A DNA stretch of 64,000 nucleotides, taken from NCBI GenBank assembly GCA_964016885.1, contig OZ024764.1:12896001-12960000 (forward strand), read 5' to 3'. Numbering within the stretch: the first letter of the stretch is position 1; each line of letters opens with the position of its first letter. The notes beneath the pieces are model-generated. The model searched no databases. It had not been told where the DNA came from and saw nothing but the letters and a program-made list of their open reading frames with translations. Below are positions 14,359-29,442 of this stretch, in pieces. A program made the position numbers and the translations under genes. The DNA is from Eledone cirrhosa (lineage: Eukaryota).

Positions 14359-14530
14359 TCATCTATATTAAAACTTTTATACTCTGCTATGTATTGAGTA
14401 CCTTACTTACTGTGGTTACCTCCGATTCAACCCGGAATAACGTATATATAATAAATATATATATACATACATACATATATATATTTGCTGACTATATATA
14501 TATAATATATATATATATAGTCAGCAAATA

Positions 14531-14960
14531 ATTGTTTCTACTTTTGACACAAGGCCAGCAATTACCAGTGTATTACTGGTACTTTATTTTATCGACGCGG
14601 TAAGGATGAAAGGCAAAGTCAACCTCGGCGGGATTTGAACTCAGATCGTAAAGGGACGTAACTATGCTGGAAGTAATGGCGTCCGACCCTCTACCGATAC
14701 TGCCAATCCACCGCCCTATAGTATAGTACAACTATAATAGTTGTGGTATACTATATATAGTCAGCAAATAATTGTTTCTACTATTGGCACAAGGCCAGAA
14801 ATTACCCAGTACATTACTGGTACTTTATGTTATCGACCCCGTAAGGATGAAAGGCAAAGTTTACCTCGGCGGGATTTGAACTCAGAATGGCAAGGGCCGT
14901 AACTCTATGCGTCAAAGCATGGCGTCCGAACCTCCACCGATACTGCCAATCCACCGCCCT
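14531..14960 (-). mobile_element. Two tandem tRNA-derived SINEs (family S1; Meta-domain-like core, by recall)
   Basis: A box tggcagtatcgg, B box gttcaaatcc, core gcctttcatccttacggggtcgataa; further copies at 12005-12118, 20221-20404, 20898-21076 and fragments at 55485-55537, 55836-55888. Confidence 0.85.
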
Positions 14961-15526
14961 ATAGTCAGCAAATAATGAAAAGATTTATATGACAATCCAA
15001 CTTGAGCCAGTGGTGTGTTGCTACCACTACCACCATTACTACCACCACCACCACCACCACTACCACAACTATTACTACTACCACCACTGCTACTACCACC
15101 ATCATCACCACTACTACTACCACCACCACCACCACCACTACTACTACCACCACCACTACCACAACTATTACTACTACCACCACTGCTACTACCAAGAACA
15201 TCACCACCACTACTACTACTACCACCACCACCACCACTACTACCACCACCACCACCACTACTACCACCACCACCACCACTACTACCACCACCACCACCAC
15301 CACTAATATACTACTACTACTACTATTTACAATACAATATATTAGCTGTTTGTAATCACCAACAGCAACTGGGAATTGCACAAGATTTAAGGGAGGTAAC
15401 TCATGTAAGACAATTCGCCCCTTGAGTATGTGTATACATATATATATATGTATACGTACATATAAGCATATATATATACTTACATATGTATATATAGTAC
15501 ATATATATATATATATATATACTTAC

Positions 15527-15578
<52 letters not shown>

Positions 15579-15775
15579 TTACATATGTATATATAGTATA
15601 TATATATATATATATACTTACATATGTATATATAGTACATATATATATATAGTACATATATATATACTTACATATGTATATATAGTACATATATATATAT
15701 AGTACATATATATATACTTACATATGTATATATAGTACATATATATATACTTACATATGTATATATAGTACATAT

Positions 15776-15808
<33 letters not shown>

Positions 15809-15886
15809 AATGTATATATATATATAATACATACATATATATATGTATATATAATACATTTATATATATATGTATATATATATAAC

Positions 15887-15921
<35 letters not shown>

Positions 15922-15925
15922 ATAC

Positions 15926-15956
<31 letters not shown>

Positions 15957-16149
15957 AATATATATATATATAAATATATATATGTATTATATATATATAT
16001 ATAATATATATATATATAATACATAAATATATATAAATATATATATATATAATACATGTATATATTTATAAATACATACATACACACAAACACACATACA
16101 TACAGCTATATACACACACACACACACACATATATATATACCCACTCAC

Positions 16150-16240
<91 letters not shown>

Positions 16241-16958
16241 CATATATATATGTATATATATATATATATATATACAATTATTAAAGTCCCCTTCAACAAT
16301 AGATGTGCACTAGCAAGCTGCCAGCAATACAAGTGCATTCGTGTTTGCAGAACGCACTTGTCAATGTATATATATCTAGCTTAGCTGCAGAGTTGCACAG
16401 TGATTTGGGTTCAATCTCAACACGTGGTAGTGGGGAGGGGTGGAGGGGGGGTGGAGGGGGTTGTTGTTGTTGGTGGTGGTGGTGGTGGTGGTGTTGATGA
16501 TGGTGGTGGTGGTAGTGGTGGTGGTGGTGGTAGTGGTGGTGGTGGTGGTGGTGGTGGTGGTGGTGGTGGTGGAGAGGGGGGGGGGTGATGGTGGTGGTGG
16601 TGGTGGTGGTGGTGGTGGTGTTGGTGGTGGTGGTGTTGGTGGTGATGGTGGTGCTGGTGTTGGTGGTGATGGTGGTGCTGGTGGTGGTGGTGATGGTGGT
16701 GGTGGTGGTGGTGGTGATGGCAGTGATGGTGGTGGTGATGGCAGTGGTGTGTGTGTAAGGGGGGCTATTGTGGTGGTGGTGTTGGTAGGGGTGGTGATGG
16801 TGGTGGTGGTGGTGGTGGTGTTGGTGGTGATGGTGGTGGTGGTTGTGTTGGAGGTAATGTTGATGGTGGTTGTGATTATGTTGGTGATGGTGGCCAACCC
16901 ATTAAAGTGTGGTAGAACAGTCCTAAAAGAGATCATGATGAATGGTCACTATAGCGTC

Positions 16959-18230
16959 TACAGTGTGGACTGGGAGCCTTTTTACTGTGTCTCCTACACT
17001 ACCACTTTACAGTGTGGACTGGGAGCCTTTTTACTGTGTCTCCTACACTACCACTTTACAGTGTGGACTGGGAGCCTTTTTACTGTGTCTCCTACACTAC
17101 CACTTTACAGTGTGGACTGGGAGCCTTTTTACTGTGTCTCCTACACTACCACTTTACAGTGTGGACTGGGAGCCTTTTTACTGTGTCTCCTACACTACCA
17201 CTTTACAGTGTGGACTGGGAGCCTTTTTACTGTGTCTCCTACACTACCACTTTACAGTGTGGACTGGGAGCCTTTTTACTGTGTCTCCTACACTACCACT
17301 TTACAGTGTGGACTGGGAGCCTTTTTACTGTGTCTCCTACACTACCACTTTACAGTGTGGACTGGGAGCCTTTTTACTGTGTCTCCTACACTACCACTTT
17401 ACAGTGTGGACTGGGAGCCTTTTTACTGTGTCTCCTACACCACCTCTTTACAGTGTGGGCTGGGAGCCTTTTTACTGTGTCTCCTACACGACCCCTTTAC
17501 AGTGTGGACTGGGAGCCTTTTTCTGTGTCTCCTACACAACCCCTTTACAGTGTGGACTGGGAGCCTTTTTACTGTGTCTCCTACACGACCCCTTTACAGT
17601 GTGGACTGGGAGCCTTTTTCTGTGTCTCCTACACGACCCCTTTACAGTGTGGACTGGGAGCCTTTTTACCGTGTCTCCTACACGACCCCTTTACAGTGTG
17701 GACTGGGAGCCTTTTTACCATGTCTCCTACATGACCACTTTACAGTGTGGACTGGGAGCCTTTTTACCATGTCTCCTACATGACCACTTTACAGTGTGGA
17801 CTGGGAGCCTTTTCACCGTGTCTCCTACACGACCCCTTTACAGTGTGGACGGGGAGCCTGTTTACCGTGTCTCCTACATGACCCCTTTACAGTGTGGACT
17901 GGGAGCCTTTTTACCGTGTCTCCTACATGACCCCTTTACAGTGTGGACTGGGAGTCTTTTTACTGTGTCTCCTACACAACCACCTTACAATGTGGACTGG
18001 GAGCCTTTTCACCGTGTCTCCTACACGACCCCTTTACAGTGTGGACGGGGAGCCTGTTTACCGTGTCGCCTACATGACCCCTTTACAGTGTGGACTGGGA
18101 GCCTTTTTACCGTGTCTCCTACATGACCCCTTTACAGTGTGGACTGGGAGCCTTTTCACCGTCTCTCCTACATGACCACCTTACAGTGTGGACTGGGAGC
18201 CTTTTTGCTGTCTCCTACACGACCACCTTA
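16959..18230. repeat. 49-bp minisatellite, ~26 copies
   Basis: Unit ttacagtgtggactgggagcctttttactgtgtctcctacactaccact; reverse complement of an RTE 3'UTR sub-repeat. Confidence 0.95.
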
Positions 18231-18366
18231 CCACCTTTTATATATAAGAATATATATATATAGACATATATATATGTCATCATCATCACATCATTTAATG
18301 TCCATTTTCCACGTTAGCACGGGTATATATATATGTGTGTGTGTGTATATATATATATATATACAA

Positions 18367-18413
<47 letters not shown>

Positions 18414-18884
18414 TGGGTGCATGTGTGTGTGTGTGTGTATATGTTTGTCTAAGCTGTGTGTAATTCTCCTGCACTAGTATGAAAGCAAACATGCATGCAT
18501 GCATGCATGCGCTAATACGCAGTGATACAAGTGCATTCGTGATTCCTCAAATAGACCTGTCAATGTATTTATTTTTGTCTTAGCTAAAGAGCTTCTCGGT
18601 AATTTGGGTTCAATCCCACGATGTGGTAGCGAAGAGAGAGAGGGTGGAAAAGGATGGTGTAGTGGGAGAGGAGGGTGTAGGGGTTTGAGTGGATGGGACA
18701 GGATCAGGGGGAAGGGAAAGGAGAAGGGAAGGGGAAGAAAATAGAAAATCGCTGACAAATCATTTTACAACTACTAAGTCGAGATTTGAAACAAAAAGAA
18801 AAACCAAAGCAGCTACAATAGTAATAATAGTAATAATAACGGTAATAATAATTTTGTTAGTAGTAGTAGTAATTGTAATAATGA

Positions 18885-20207
18885 TTTCTTTATTGGCCAC
18901 AAGGGCTGACATCAAGAAAAACATTACAGACGGTACAGGACGGTACGATGTGGGTTTTGTGCGTGTAAAGATTTTTATTATTTATATAAGAAAAGAAAAA
19001 AAAGGACATAGAAACATATATATATATATAAAAAATAAAAATGAAAATTGAAACAATGAAATGAAAAATTCCCCAATAGGGGGGAAACCTCCGAGGGTTA
19101 CTCGTGGCGAAAACCACACAAAAGACCACGGCCACCCTGACCACCAGGGCAAGCGCCCTCTCTCAAATTTTCCATTTCTCAAACTACAGACGTATATTCA
19201 GAGCGGTCCCGTTCACTCGAACCATTCTCGCTACATTCACCCACCTTTCAACAAACTTGCTAGAAGGCAGCACTTGCCTCTCCAGGGCAAGCGCCCTGCC
19301 CTCTCTCAAATTTTCCATCTCTCAAGCTACAGACGTATATTCAGAGCGGTCCCGTTCACTCGGACCATTCTCGCTACATTCACCCACCTTTCAACAAACT
19401 TGCTAGAAGGCAGCACTTGCCTCTCCAGGGCAAGCGCCCTGCCCTCTCTCAAATTTTCCATCTCTCAAGCTACAGACGTATATTCAGAGCAGTCCCGTTC
19501 ACTCGGACAATTCTCGCTACATTCACCCACCTTTCAACAAACTTGCTAGAAGGCAGCACTTGCCTCTCCAGGGCAAGCGCCCTCTCTCAAATTTTCCATT
19601 TCTCAAACTACAGACGTATATTCAGAGCGGTCCCTTTCACTCAGACCATTCTCGCTACATTCACCCACCTTTCAACAAACTTGCTAGAAGGCAGCACTTG
19701 CCTCTCCAGGGCAAGCGCCCTGCCCTCTCTCAAATTTTCCATTTCTCAAACTACAGACGTATATTCAGAGTGGTCCCTTTCACTCGGACCATTCTCGCTA
19801 CATTCACCCACCTTTCAACAAACTTGCTAGAAGGCAGCACTTGCCTCTCCAGGGCAAGCGCCCTCTCTCAAATTTTCCATTTCTCAAACTACAGACGTAT
19901 ATTCAGAGCGGTCCCTTTCACTCAGACCATTCTCGCTACATTCACCCACCTTTCAACAAACTTGCTAGAAGGCAGCACTTGCCTCTCCACCCTGATTTTC
20001 CTCTTCAAGTGAAACTTGAAAAAGTTAATTAGGGATTCGCCGAAGAGGAAAGTGTCTGTCTTTAACCCTTTCAACCTTGTCCACCACACAATCTCTTTCG
20101 CCATGGCCATCAGGCAGATGAAAACCGCCTGCCCTTTCTCCTCGAAGGAAGACAGCGAGATAATCTGCACAATGGACTCAGTCGATAACCGGATCAGTCC
20201 TACACAT
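18885..20207 (-). mobile_element. Tx1/L1-clade LINE 3' end with six tandem 138/143-bp copies of the ORF2 end
   Basis: AMAKEIVWWTR..INFFKFHLKRKIRVER..KFVERW resembles a Tx1/L1 ORF2 C-terminus; units start at 19144, 19282, 19425, 19568, 19706, 19849; T-rich 3'UTR. Confidence 0.72.
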
Positions 20208-20406
20208 AGCTCCACAAGTAGTAATTGTTTCTACTTTAGGCACAAGGCCAGCAATTACCCAGTGCATTACTGGTACTTTATTTTATTGACCCCGTAAGGA
20301 TGAAAGGCAAAGTTAACCTCGGCAGGATTTGAACTCAGTCCGTAAAGGGACGTAACTATGCTGCAAAGCATGGCGTCCGACCCTCTACCGATACTGCCAA
20401 TCCAAT

Positions 20407-20850
20407 GTTTTCTTTATTAACCACAAGGGTTTACACAAAGTAGACATTAAGGATAGTACAGGACAATACAGGATGGTACAAATGGGCATTTCTGCGTGTA
20501 AAAAAACCCAAAAAAACAGAGGATGTAACAAAAAAAGAACAATGAAAAATTCCCCAATAGGGGGAAGACTTCCGAGGGCCATCGTGGAGAAAGCCCATTA
20601 AAAAATGCCACGGTGACCCTGAGCACCAGAGCAAGTGCTCTCTCACAGTTTTCCACCTTCAATTTACAGGCATATACTCAGAGTAGGCCCATTCACTCGG
20701 GTCATTCTTGCCTCTCTCACCCATCTTTCAACAAAAAGCTGGGAAGAGAGCACTTCCCTCTCTACCCTGATTTTCCATTTCAGATGAAATTTGAAAAACT
20801 TAATCAGGGCATCACCGAAGAGGTAAGTGCTCGTCTTCAGCCCTTTCAGG
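20407..20850 (-). mobile_element. Second, diverged Tx1/L1-like 3' end
   Basis: Colinear similarity to 18885-19280 and 19980-20075 (aaaaattccccaatagggggga etc.). Confidence 0.7.
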
Positions 20851-21077
20851 GTATCACCGAAATGCTGATGGTGTTAGTAGTAGTAGTAATTGTAATAATA
20901 ATTGTTTCTACTTTAGGCACAAGGCCAGCAATTACCCCAGTGTATTACTGGTACTTTATTTTATCGACCCCGTAAGGATGAAAGGCAAAGTTGACCTCGG
21001 CGGGATTTGAACTCAGACCGTAAAGGGACGTAACTATGCTGCAAAGCATGGCGTCCGACCCTCTACCGAAACTGCCT

Positions 21078-21123
21078 AGGGTAGTAGTAGTGATAGTAGT
21101 AGTGATAGTAGTAGTTGTATTAT

Positions 21124-21170
<47 letters not shown>

Positions 21171-21177
21171 ATGGTGA

Positions 21178-21218
<41 letters not shown>

Positions 21219-21272
21219 ATGGTAATAATAGTAGTAGTAGTAGTAATGGTAGTAGTAGTAGTAGTAGTAATG

Positions 21273-21329
<57 letters not shown>

Positions 21330-21357
21330 ATAGTAGTAGTAGTAGTAGTAATGGTAA

Positions 21358-21405
<48 letters not shown>

Positions 21406-21481
21406 CAGCGGTAGTAGTAGTAGTAGTAGTATCAGTAGTAGTAGTAGTAGTAGTGGTAGTAGTAGTAATGGTAGTAGTAGC

Positions 21482-21527
<46 letters not shown>

Positions 21528-21592
21528 ATGGTAATACTAGTAGTAGTAGTAGTAGTAGCAGTAGTAGTAGTAGTAGCAGCAGCAGTAGTAGC

Positions 21593-21648
<56 letters not shown>

Positions 21649-21680
21649 CAGTAGTAGTAGTAGTAATGGTAATAATAATA
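21078..21680. repeat. (TAG)n microsatellite
   Basis: Direct inspection. Confidence 0.95.
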
Positions 21681-22017
21681 CTAACTGGGAACAGGATGGG
21701 ATGGTTTAAGAATTTGTAATTTTGAGATTATCTATGGACGTAAGCACTCAGACCACAAGATTTGATATTGTAGAGGGTGTTTATGTGTGTATATATGTGT
21801 GTATATATGTGTGTATATATGTGTGTAGGTGTATGTATGTGTATAAATATATATATATATATATACTGATATATATATATATACATGTTTATATATATAT
21901 ATATATATGTATTAAACAAGTATGCATACATATGTATGTATACACACACACACAAACATATATATATATATACACACATATGTATATATTTATGTATATA
22001 TATATACATAAATATAT

Positions 22018-22061
<44 letters not shown>

Positions 22062-22207
22062 TCATGATATATATATATATATTCATATATACATAGAAAG
22101 AGAGAAATATATATATATGTATGTGTATATATATGTATGTATGTTTATATATATATATGTATGTATACATATATGAAGATGATGATGATATACATATATC
22201 TAAATAC

Positions 22208-22320
<113 letters not shown>

Positions 22321-22448
22321 GAGAGAGAGATATATATATAGATATTGTTAAAATGTATGTATACACATACAAATATATGTGTATACTTGCATATATATAG
22401 TAGTTGAAAAACTAAAGACTATTAAGCAGCTTTATCTGTATTTAACAA

Positions 22449-22483
<35 letters not shown>

Positions 22484-22861
22484 TTATGTATTTATATATA
22501 TGTATATCATCATCATCTTCATAGATATATATATATATACATACATCTACATAGATATATATATATATACATACATATATATATATACACATACATATAT
22601 ATATATACATACATACATATGTATATATATTTCTCTCTCTTTCTATGTATATATGAATATATATGGATGTTAAACAGAGATGATGATGATATATATATAT
22701 ATAATGTACACCCATACATATATATATACTACATATATACATATATATATATTCATACATATATAAACATACACACACAGAAGCACACACACACACGCAC
22801 AATACAATTAACTATGTAAGGTTTCAAGACACTCTGTACAACAAGTCATATATTCATCACA

Positions 22862-22933
<72 letters not shown>

Positions 22934-23017
22934 ATGGTGATGATATATATATATATTAATATAGAAATGGCTTCTACAGGACTAAAACTGTTTAATTCTA
23001 AAGAAATCACCAGGAAA

Positions 23018-23069
23018 GGCTTCCCTGATGATTTCTTGGGAATGAAACAGTTCTAGTCCTGTAGAAGCC
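23018..23069 (+). ncRNA. Type I hammerhead ribozyme (A/B-related) in inverted pair 22955-23082
   Basis: ggcttc-c-CTGATGA-tttcttgggaat-GAAA-cag[ttctagtc]ctg-TA-gaagcc; the minus-strand partner has a decayed core (CTGGTGA / TAAA). Confidence 0.8.
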
Positions 23070-23108
23070 ATTTTTATATTAAACTTAATGTGTACACTCT
23101 ACTAATGT

Positions 23109-23139
<31 letters not shown>

Positions 23140-23674
23140 TCATCATCATCATCATCATCATCAACGTTTAACGTCCGTGTTCCATGCTTGCATGGGTTTG
23201 GACGGGGGTTTTCCCACTTGAGGCAAGAGTGTTTGTCTTGCTCGCATAGGACTATCTGGCGGGTTTTCTACAGCTGGATGCCCTTCCTAACACCAACCAC
23301 ATTTACAGTGTGGGGCTGGGAGGTTTTTACCGTGTTGCCTACACGGCCACATTACAGCGTGGACTGTCTGGCAGGTTTTCTACAGCTGGATGCCCTTCCT
23401 AACACCAACCACATTTACAGTGTGGGTCTGGGAGGTTTTTACCGTGTTGCCTACACGACCACATATATATATATATACACATATATATATACATATATAT
23501 ACACACACACACACACATATATATATAGTAATAATAATAAATTTGAAGACTAAAATCCAAACAGGGCTCGATAAGGATAAATATATATCAAATATATAAG
23601 AACTGTAGAGCAAATATTTATTAAAATAACAGATTAAACTTTAATCTGTTATTTTAATATATATATATATATAT

Positions 23675-24265
23675 AAAATTAGAATTAGTGCTCTGAAATA
23701 GCGATATATATATGAATGTATATACAGTGTATTTTGCAATACACTGTATGCTTAATTAAAAGCATTTCGAAGACCTTACACTATTGTTTTAGAGTAGTGA
23801 CAGTCTCACTTACTTCAATTTTTAGCAAACAGGGGAGATAAAGCTGACAGAGCTTTACTGAAAATTATAAATTTTTGATTCTTATAGAATTCCAGTAATA
23901 ATCAAGAACTGATTATACAGAGCGGTTGCTGGTCAAGCAGAAATTGAAAATTAGAATTGGTGCTCTGAAATAGCGATATATATATGAATGTATATATAGT
24001 GTATTTTGCATCGGTTCCTTATTATTACTGGAATTCTATAAGAATCAAACATTTATAATTTTCCTGTAAACAGGTGGAGTACTTAGCTTTGATAAGCACC
24101 AAAAAGTGCGAAACAGAGCTCTGTCAGCTTTATCTCTCCTGTTTGCTGAAAATTGAAGTAAGTGAGACTGTTACTACTTTAAAACAATAGCGTAAGGTCT
24201 TCAAAATACTTTTAATTAAGCATACAGTGTATTGCAAAATACACTATATATACATTCATATATAT
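23675..24265. mobile_element. Rearranged direct/inverted repeat element hosting the U3-A8 HHR (PLE pLTR-like)
   Basis: 23705-23855 is the reverse complement of 24115-24265; 23857-23912 is the reverse complement of 24010-24068; 23675-23738 is directly repeated at 23947-24010. Confidence 0.7.
24085..24129 (+). ncRNA. Type I hammerhead ribozyme with U3-A8 core variant
   Basis: agct-TTGATAA-gcac[caaaaa]gtgc-GAAA-cag[agct]ctg-TC-agct; three perfectly paired stems, palindromic loop III, GUC triplet. Confidence 0.82.
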
Positions 24266-24381
24266 ATACATACACACATATATATACATACATATATATA
24301 TATATATACACTCACACACACACACATATATATATACTCACACACACACACACATATATATACACACATATATATATACAT

Positions 24382-24428
<47 letters not shown>

Positions 24429-24435
24429 TATATAA

Positions 24436-25195
<760 letters not shown>

Positions 25196-25989
25196 CACAC
25201 AGACATATATATATATATATTTTTGGAAGCGTGGAAGCTGAACCAAAACCCATCCTTGGAATAAACACTATGAAGAAGTGCTTTGAAAGAAGCTACCAAA
25301 ACGTCCAATGCTGGTGACAAGTAAAGAGGATGTTACTGATGATGATGATGATGATGATAATGACATGTACATTATATATTTCTTTCTTTATATATACATG
25401 TGTATATATATATATGTTTGTGTGTGTGCGTGCGTATGTATACATGGTGCGTATGTTACACATGATGATGATGATGATGATGATGATAATGACATGTACA
25501 ATATATATTTCTTTCTTTATATATACATGTGTATATATATATATGTTTGTGTGTGTGCGTGCGTATGTATACATATATATATATGTGTGTGTGTGTGTGT
25601 ATAAACATGCCTACACACATAAACATATGTACACATACACGTACATGCATACATACTTACATACAAACACACATGCATACATACTTACATACATATAAAC
25701 AAACATATATACACACATATACACAATATATATATATTTAAACATATACATACATACTTACATACATATACAATATATATATATATATATATTTAAACAT
25801 ATACACACATACATAAGCACATACATGCATACATACATACATACATAAACATAATATATATATTTAAACATATACACACATACATACATAAGCACATACA
25901 TACATACATATATATATATAGTTAAACATATACAAACACACGCATACATACATATATAGTTAAACATATATACACATACATACATAAGC

Positions 25990-26022
<33 letters not shown>

Positions 26023-26347
26023 CATATACAAAATATATATATATTTAAACATATTCATACATACATACATAAGCACATACATACATACATACATACATAT
26101 ACAAAATATATATATTTAAACATATACACACACACATACATACATCAGCACATACATACATACATATATATATATAGTTAAACATATACACACACACGCA
26201 TACATACATATATAGTTAAACATATATACACATACATACATAAGCACATACATACATATATATATATATATACATACATATACAAAATATATATATATTT
26301 AAACATATTCATACATACATAAACACATACATACATACATACATACA

Positions 26348-26381
<34 letters not shown>

Positions 26382-26937
26382 CATACATACATATACAAAA
26401 TATATATATTTAAACATATACACACACACATACATACATAGATACATACATACATATACAAAATATATATATTTAAATATATACACACACATACATACAT
26501 ACATACATATACAAAATATATATATTTAAACATATACACACACACATACATACATCAGCACATATATACATACATACATATACAAAATATATATATTTAA
26601 ACATATACACACACACATACATACATACATATATACATACATACATATACAAAATATATATATTTAAACATATACACACACATACATACATATAAACATA
26701 CATACAAACATATATACATACATACATACATACATCTCTACATACATATACACATATATACATACATGTATGTGCTGTGTATATACACCTGTTGATATCA
26801 TTTCTATACAACACTTCTAAGTATTCAACACTCCCCATTCTATTTACAGGTAGAGATTTTCTTTACAGGACACTAATGGAGGATATGTGTATATATATAC
26901 ATATATATATACATATATACATGTATGTGTGTGTGTG

Positions 26938-26983
<46 letters not shown>

Positions 26984-26992
26984 ATAGAAGGA

Positions 26993-27041
26993 GCTTCTAC
27001 AGGACTAGTACTGTTTCATTCAGATGAAATCTTCAGGAAGC
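26993..27041 (-). ncRNA. Type I hammerhead ribozyme (family A)
   Basis: Minus strand gcttc-CTGAAGA-tttcatctgaat-GAAA-cagtactagtcctg-TA-gaagc; core identical to the 13.9-kb copies. Confidence 0.85.
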
Positions 27042-27065
27042 AATGAAATCTTCAGGAAATCTTCA

Positions 27066-27120
27066 GGAGCTTCCTGAAGATTTCATCTGAATGAAACAGT
27101 ACTAGTCCTGTAGAAGCTTC
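27066..27120 (+). ncRNA. Type I hammerhead ribozyme (family A), inverted partner copy
   Basis: ggagcttc-CTGAAGA-tttcatctgaat-GAAA-cagtactagtcctg-TA-gaagcttc. Confidence 0.88.
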
Positions 27121-27164
27121 TTCTATAAAATATGTGGTTATCCTCGACTCAACCCGGGACCTAC

Positions 27165-27217
<53 letters not shown>

Positions 27218-27222
27218 TATAT

Positions 27223-27261
<39 letters not shown>

Positions 27262-27263
<2 letters not shown>

Positions 27264-27460
27264 TTTTAATATAGATGAGATTTTACAGGACTAGAACTGT
27301 TTCATTCTTGAGAAATCATAGATTCCTGATGATATCTAAAGAATGAAACAGTTCTAGTCCTAAAGAAATTCCTCATCTATATTAAAACTTTTATACTCTG
27401 CTAAGTATTGAGTACCTTACTTACTGTGGTTACCTCTGATTCTACCCGGAATAACTTACC
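27262..27460. mobile_element. Decayed family B HHR element (inverted pair)
   Basis: Similar to 14250-14442; plus copy keeps CTGATGA..GAAA but the cleavage triplet is mutated; minus copy is truncated within the core. Confidence 0.75.
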
Positions 27461-27470
27461 TATATATATA

Positions 27471-28900
27471 TGTGGACTGGAAGCCTTTTTACCGTGTCTC
27501 CTACACGGGCACTTTACAGTGTGGACTGGAAGCCTTTTTACCGTGTCTCCTACACGGGCACTTTACAGTGTGGACTGGGAGCCTTTTTACCGTGTCTCCT
27601 ACACGACCACTTTACAGTGTGGACTGGGAGCCTTTTTACCGTGTCTCCTACATGACCACTTTACAGTGTGGACTGGGAGCCTTTTTACCGTGTCTCCTAC
27701 ATGACCACTTTACAGTGTGGACTGGGAGCCTTTTTACCGTGTCTCCTACACAACCACTTTACAGTGTGGACTGGGAGCCTTTTTACCGTGTCTCCTACAT
27801 GACCACTTTACAGTGTGGACTGGGAGCCTTTTTACTGTGTCTCCTACATGACCACTTTACAGTGTGGACTGGGAGCTTTTTTACTGTTACCTACATGACC
27901 ACTTTACAGTGTGGACTGGGAGCCTTTTTACCGTGTCTCCTACATAACCACCTTACAGTGTGGACTGGGAGCCTTTTTACTGTGTCTCCTACATGACCAT
28001 TTTACAGTGTGGACTGGGAGCCTTTTTACCGTGTCTCCTACATGACCACTTTACAGTGTGGACTGGGAGCCTTTTTACCGTGTCTCCTACATGACCACTT
28101 TACAGTGTGGACTGGGAGCCTTTTTACCGTGTCTCCTACATGACCACTTTACAGTGTGGACTGGGAGCCTTTTTACCGTGTCTCCTACATGACCACTTTA
28201 CAGTGTGGACTGGGAGCCTTTTTACCGTGTCTCCTACATGACCACTTTACAGTGTGGACTGGGAGCCTTTTTACCGTGTCTCCTACATGACCACTTTACA
28301 GTGTGGACTGGGAGCCTTTTTACCGTGTCTCCTACATGACCACTTTACAGTGTGGACTGGGAGCCTTTTTACCGTGTCTCCTACATTACCACTTTACAGT
28401 GTGGACTGGGAGCCTTTTTACCGTGTCTCCTACATGGCCACCTTACAGTGTGGACTGGGAGCCTTTTTACAGTGTCTCCTACATGACCACTTTACAGTGT
28501 GGACTGGGAGCCTTTTTACAGTGTCTCCTACATGACCACTTTACAGTGTGGACTGGGAGCCTTTTTACCGTGTCTCCTACATGGCCACCTTACAGTGTGG
28601 ACTGGGAGCCTTTTTACCGTGTCTCCTACATGGCCACCTTACAGTGTGGACTGGGAGCCTTTTTACAGTGTCTCCTACATGACCACTTTACAGTGTGGAC
28701 TGGGAGCCTTTTTACAGTGTCTCCTACATGACCACTTTACAGTGTGGACTGGGAGCCTTTTTACCGTGTCTCCTACATGGCCACCTTACAGTGTGGACTG
28801 GGAGCCTTTTTACCGTGTCTCCTACATGGCCACCTTACAGTGTGGACTGGGAGCCTTTTTACCGTGTCTCCTACATGACCACTTTACAGTGTGGACTGGC
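27471..28900. repeat. 49-bp minisatellite, ~29 copies (same family)
   Basis: Unit ttacagtgtggactgggagcctttttaccgtgtctcctacatgaccact. Confidence 0.95.
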
Positions 28901-28969
28901 GGCTTTTTGTCATGACACCTACACGACCATACATATATGCATCCTATATATATATATATATACACATAC

Positions 28970-29250
28970 ACAATGCAGATCTTGGGTACACAAGAGGTGT
29001 AGTGGGATAGCAGGCAAACTACCATGAAGGGAAAACTTCATACATAGTAGATGTTCAGGGAAATTTAATAGTAGAAGTGTCGGTGATAGACACATATTTC
29101 AAATGCAGATAGGATCTATAGAGGTGGTTGATAGCTCCCGTTATCTAGGTGATTGGATTAGCAAGGGAGGTGGGTGTTCCAAGGCCATCGTATCTAGAAT
29201 AACGACAGGATGGAAGAAGTTTAGGGAGCTGCTTCTTCTGTTGACTATGA
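28970..29250 (+). mobile_element. Degenerate RTE ORF fragment
   Basis: [13 protein letters not shown] and [21 protein letters not shown] motifs with stops/frameshifts. Confidence 0.8.
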
Positions 29251-29442
29251 TTGAAACCAGTAAAATGCAAGTAAGTGGGTTGATATGATCAACTAAATCA
29301 GCACAGTGCCCCAGCCTGGCCACAGTCTAATGTCTGAAATGAATATAAGAATACGTATCAGGGTTGATATGATCAATTAAATCGAGGCAGTGCCCCAGCA
29401 TGGCCACAGTCTAATGAATGAAACCAGTAAAAGATAAAAAAA
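29250..29442 (+). mobile_element. Duplicated SINE 3' tail
   Basis: gggttgatatgatcaa..cagtgccccagc.tggccacagtctaatg..tgaaa occurs twice, with an A-rich end. Confidence 0.6.

Noticed and set aside
23564-23660. HHR-like arrangement gctc..gataag..tatc-aaa..gta-gagc plus a 20-bp hairpin
   Set aside because: Both core boxes are broken; cannot be supported
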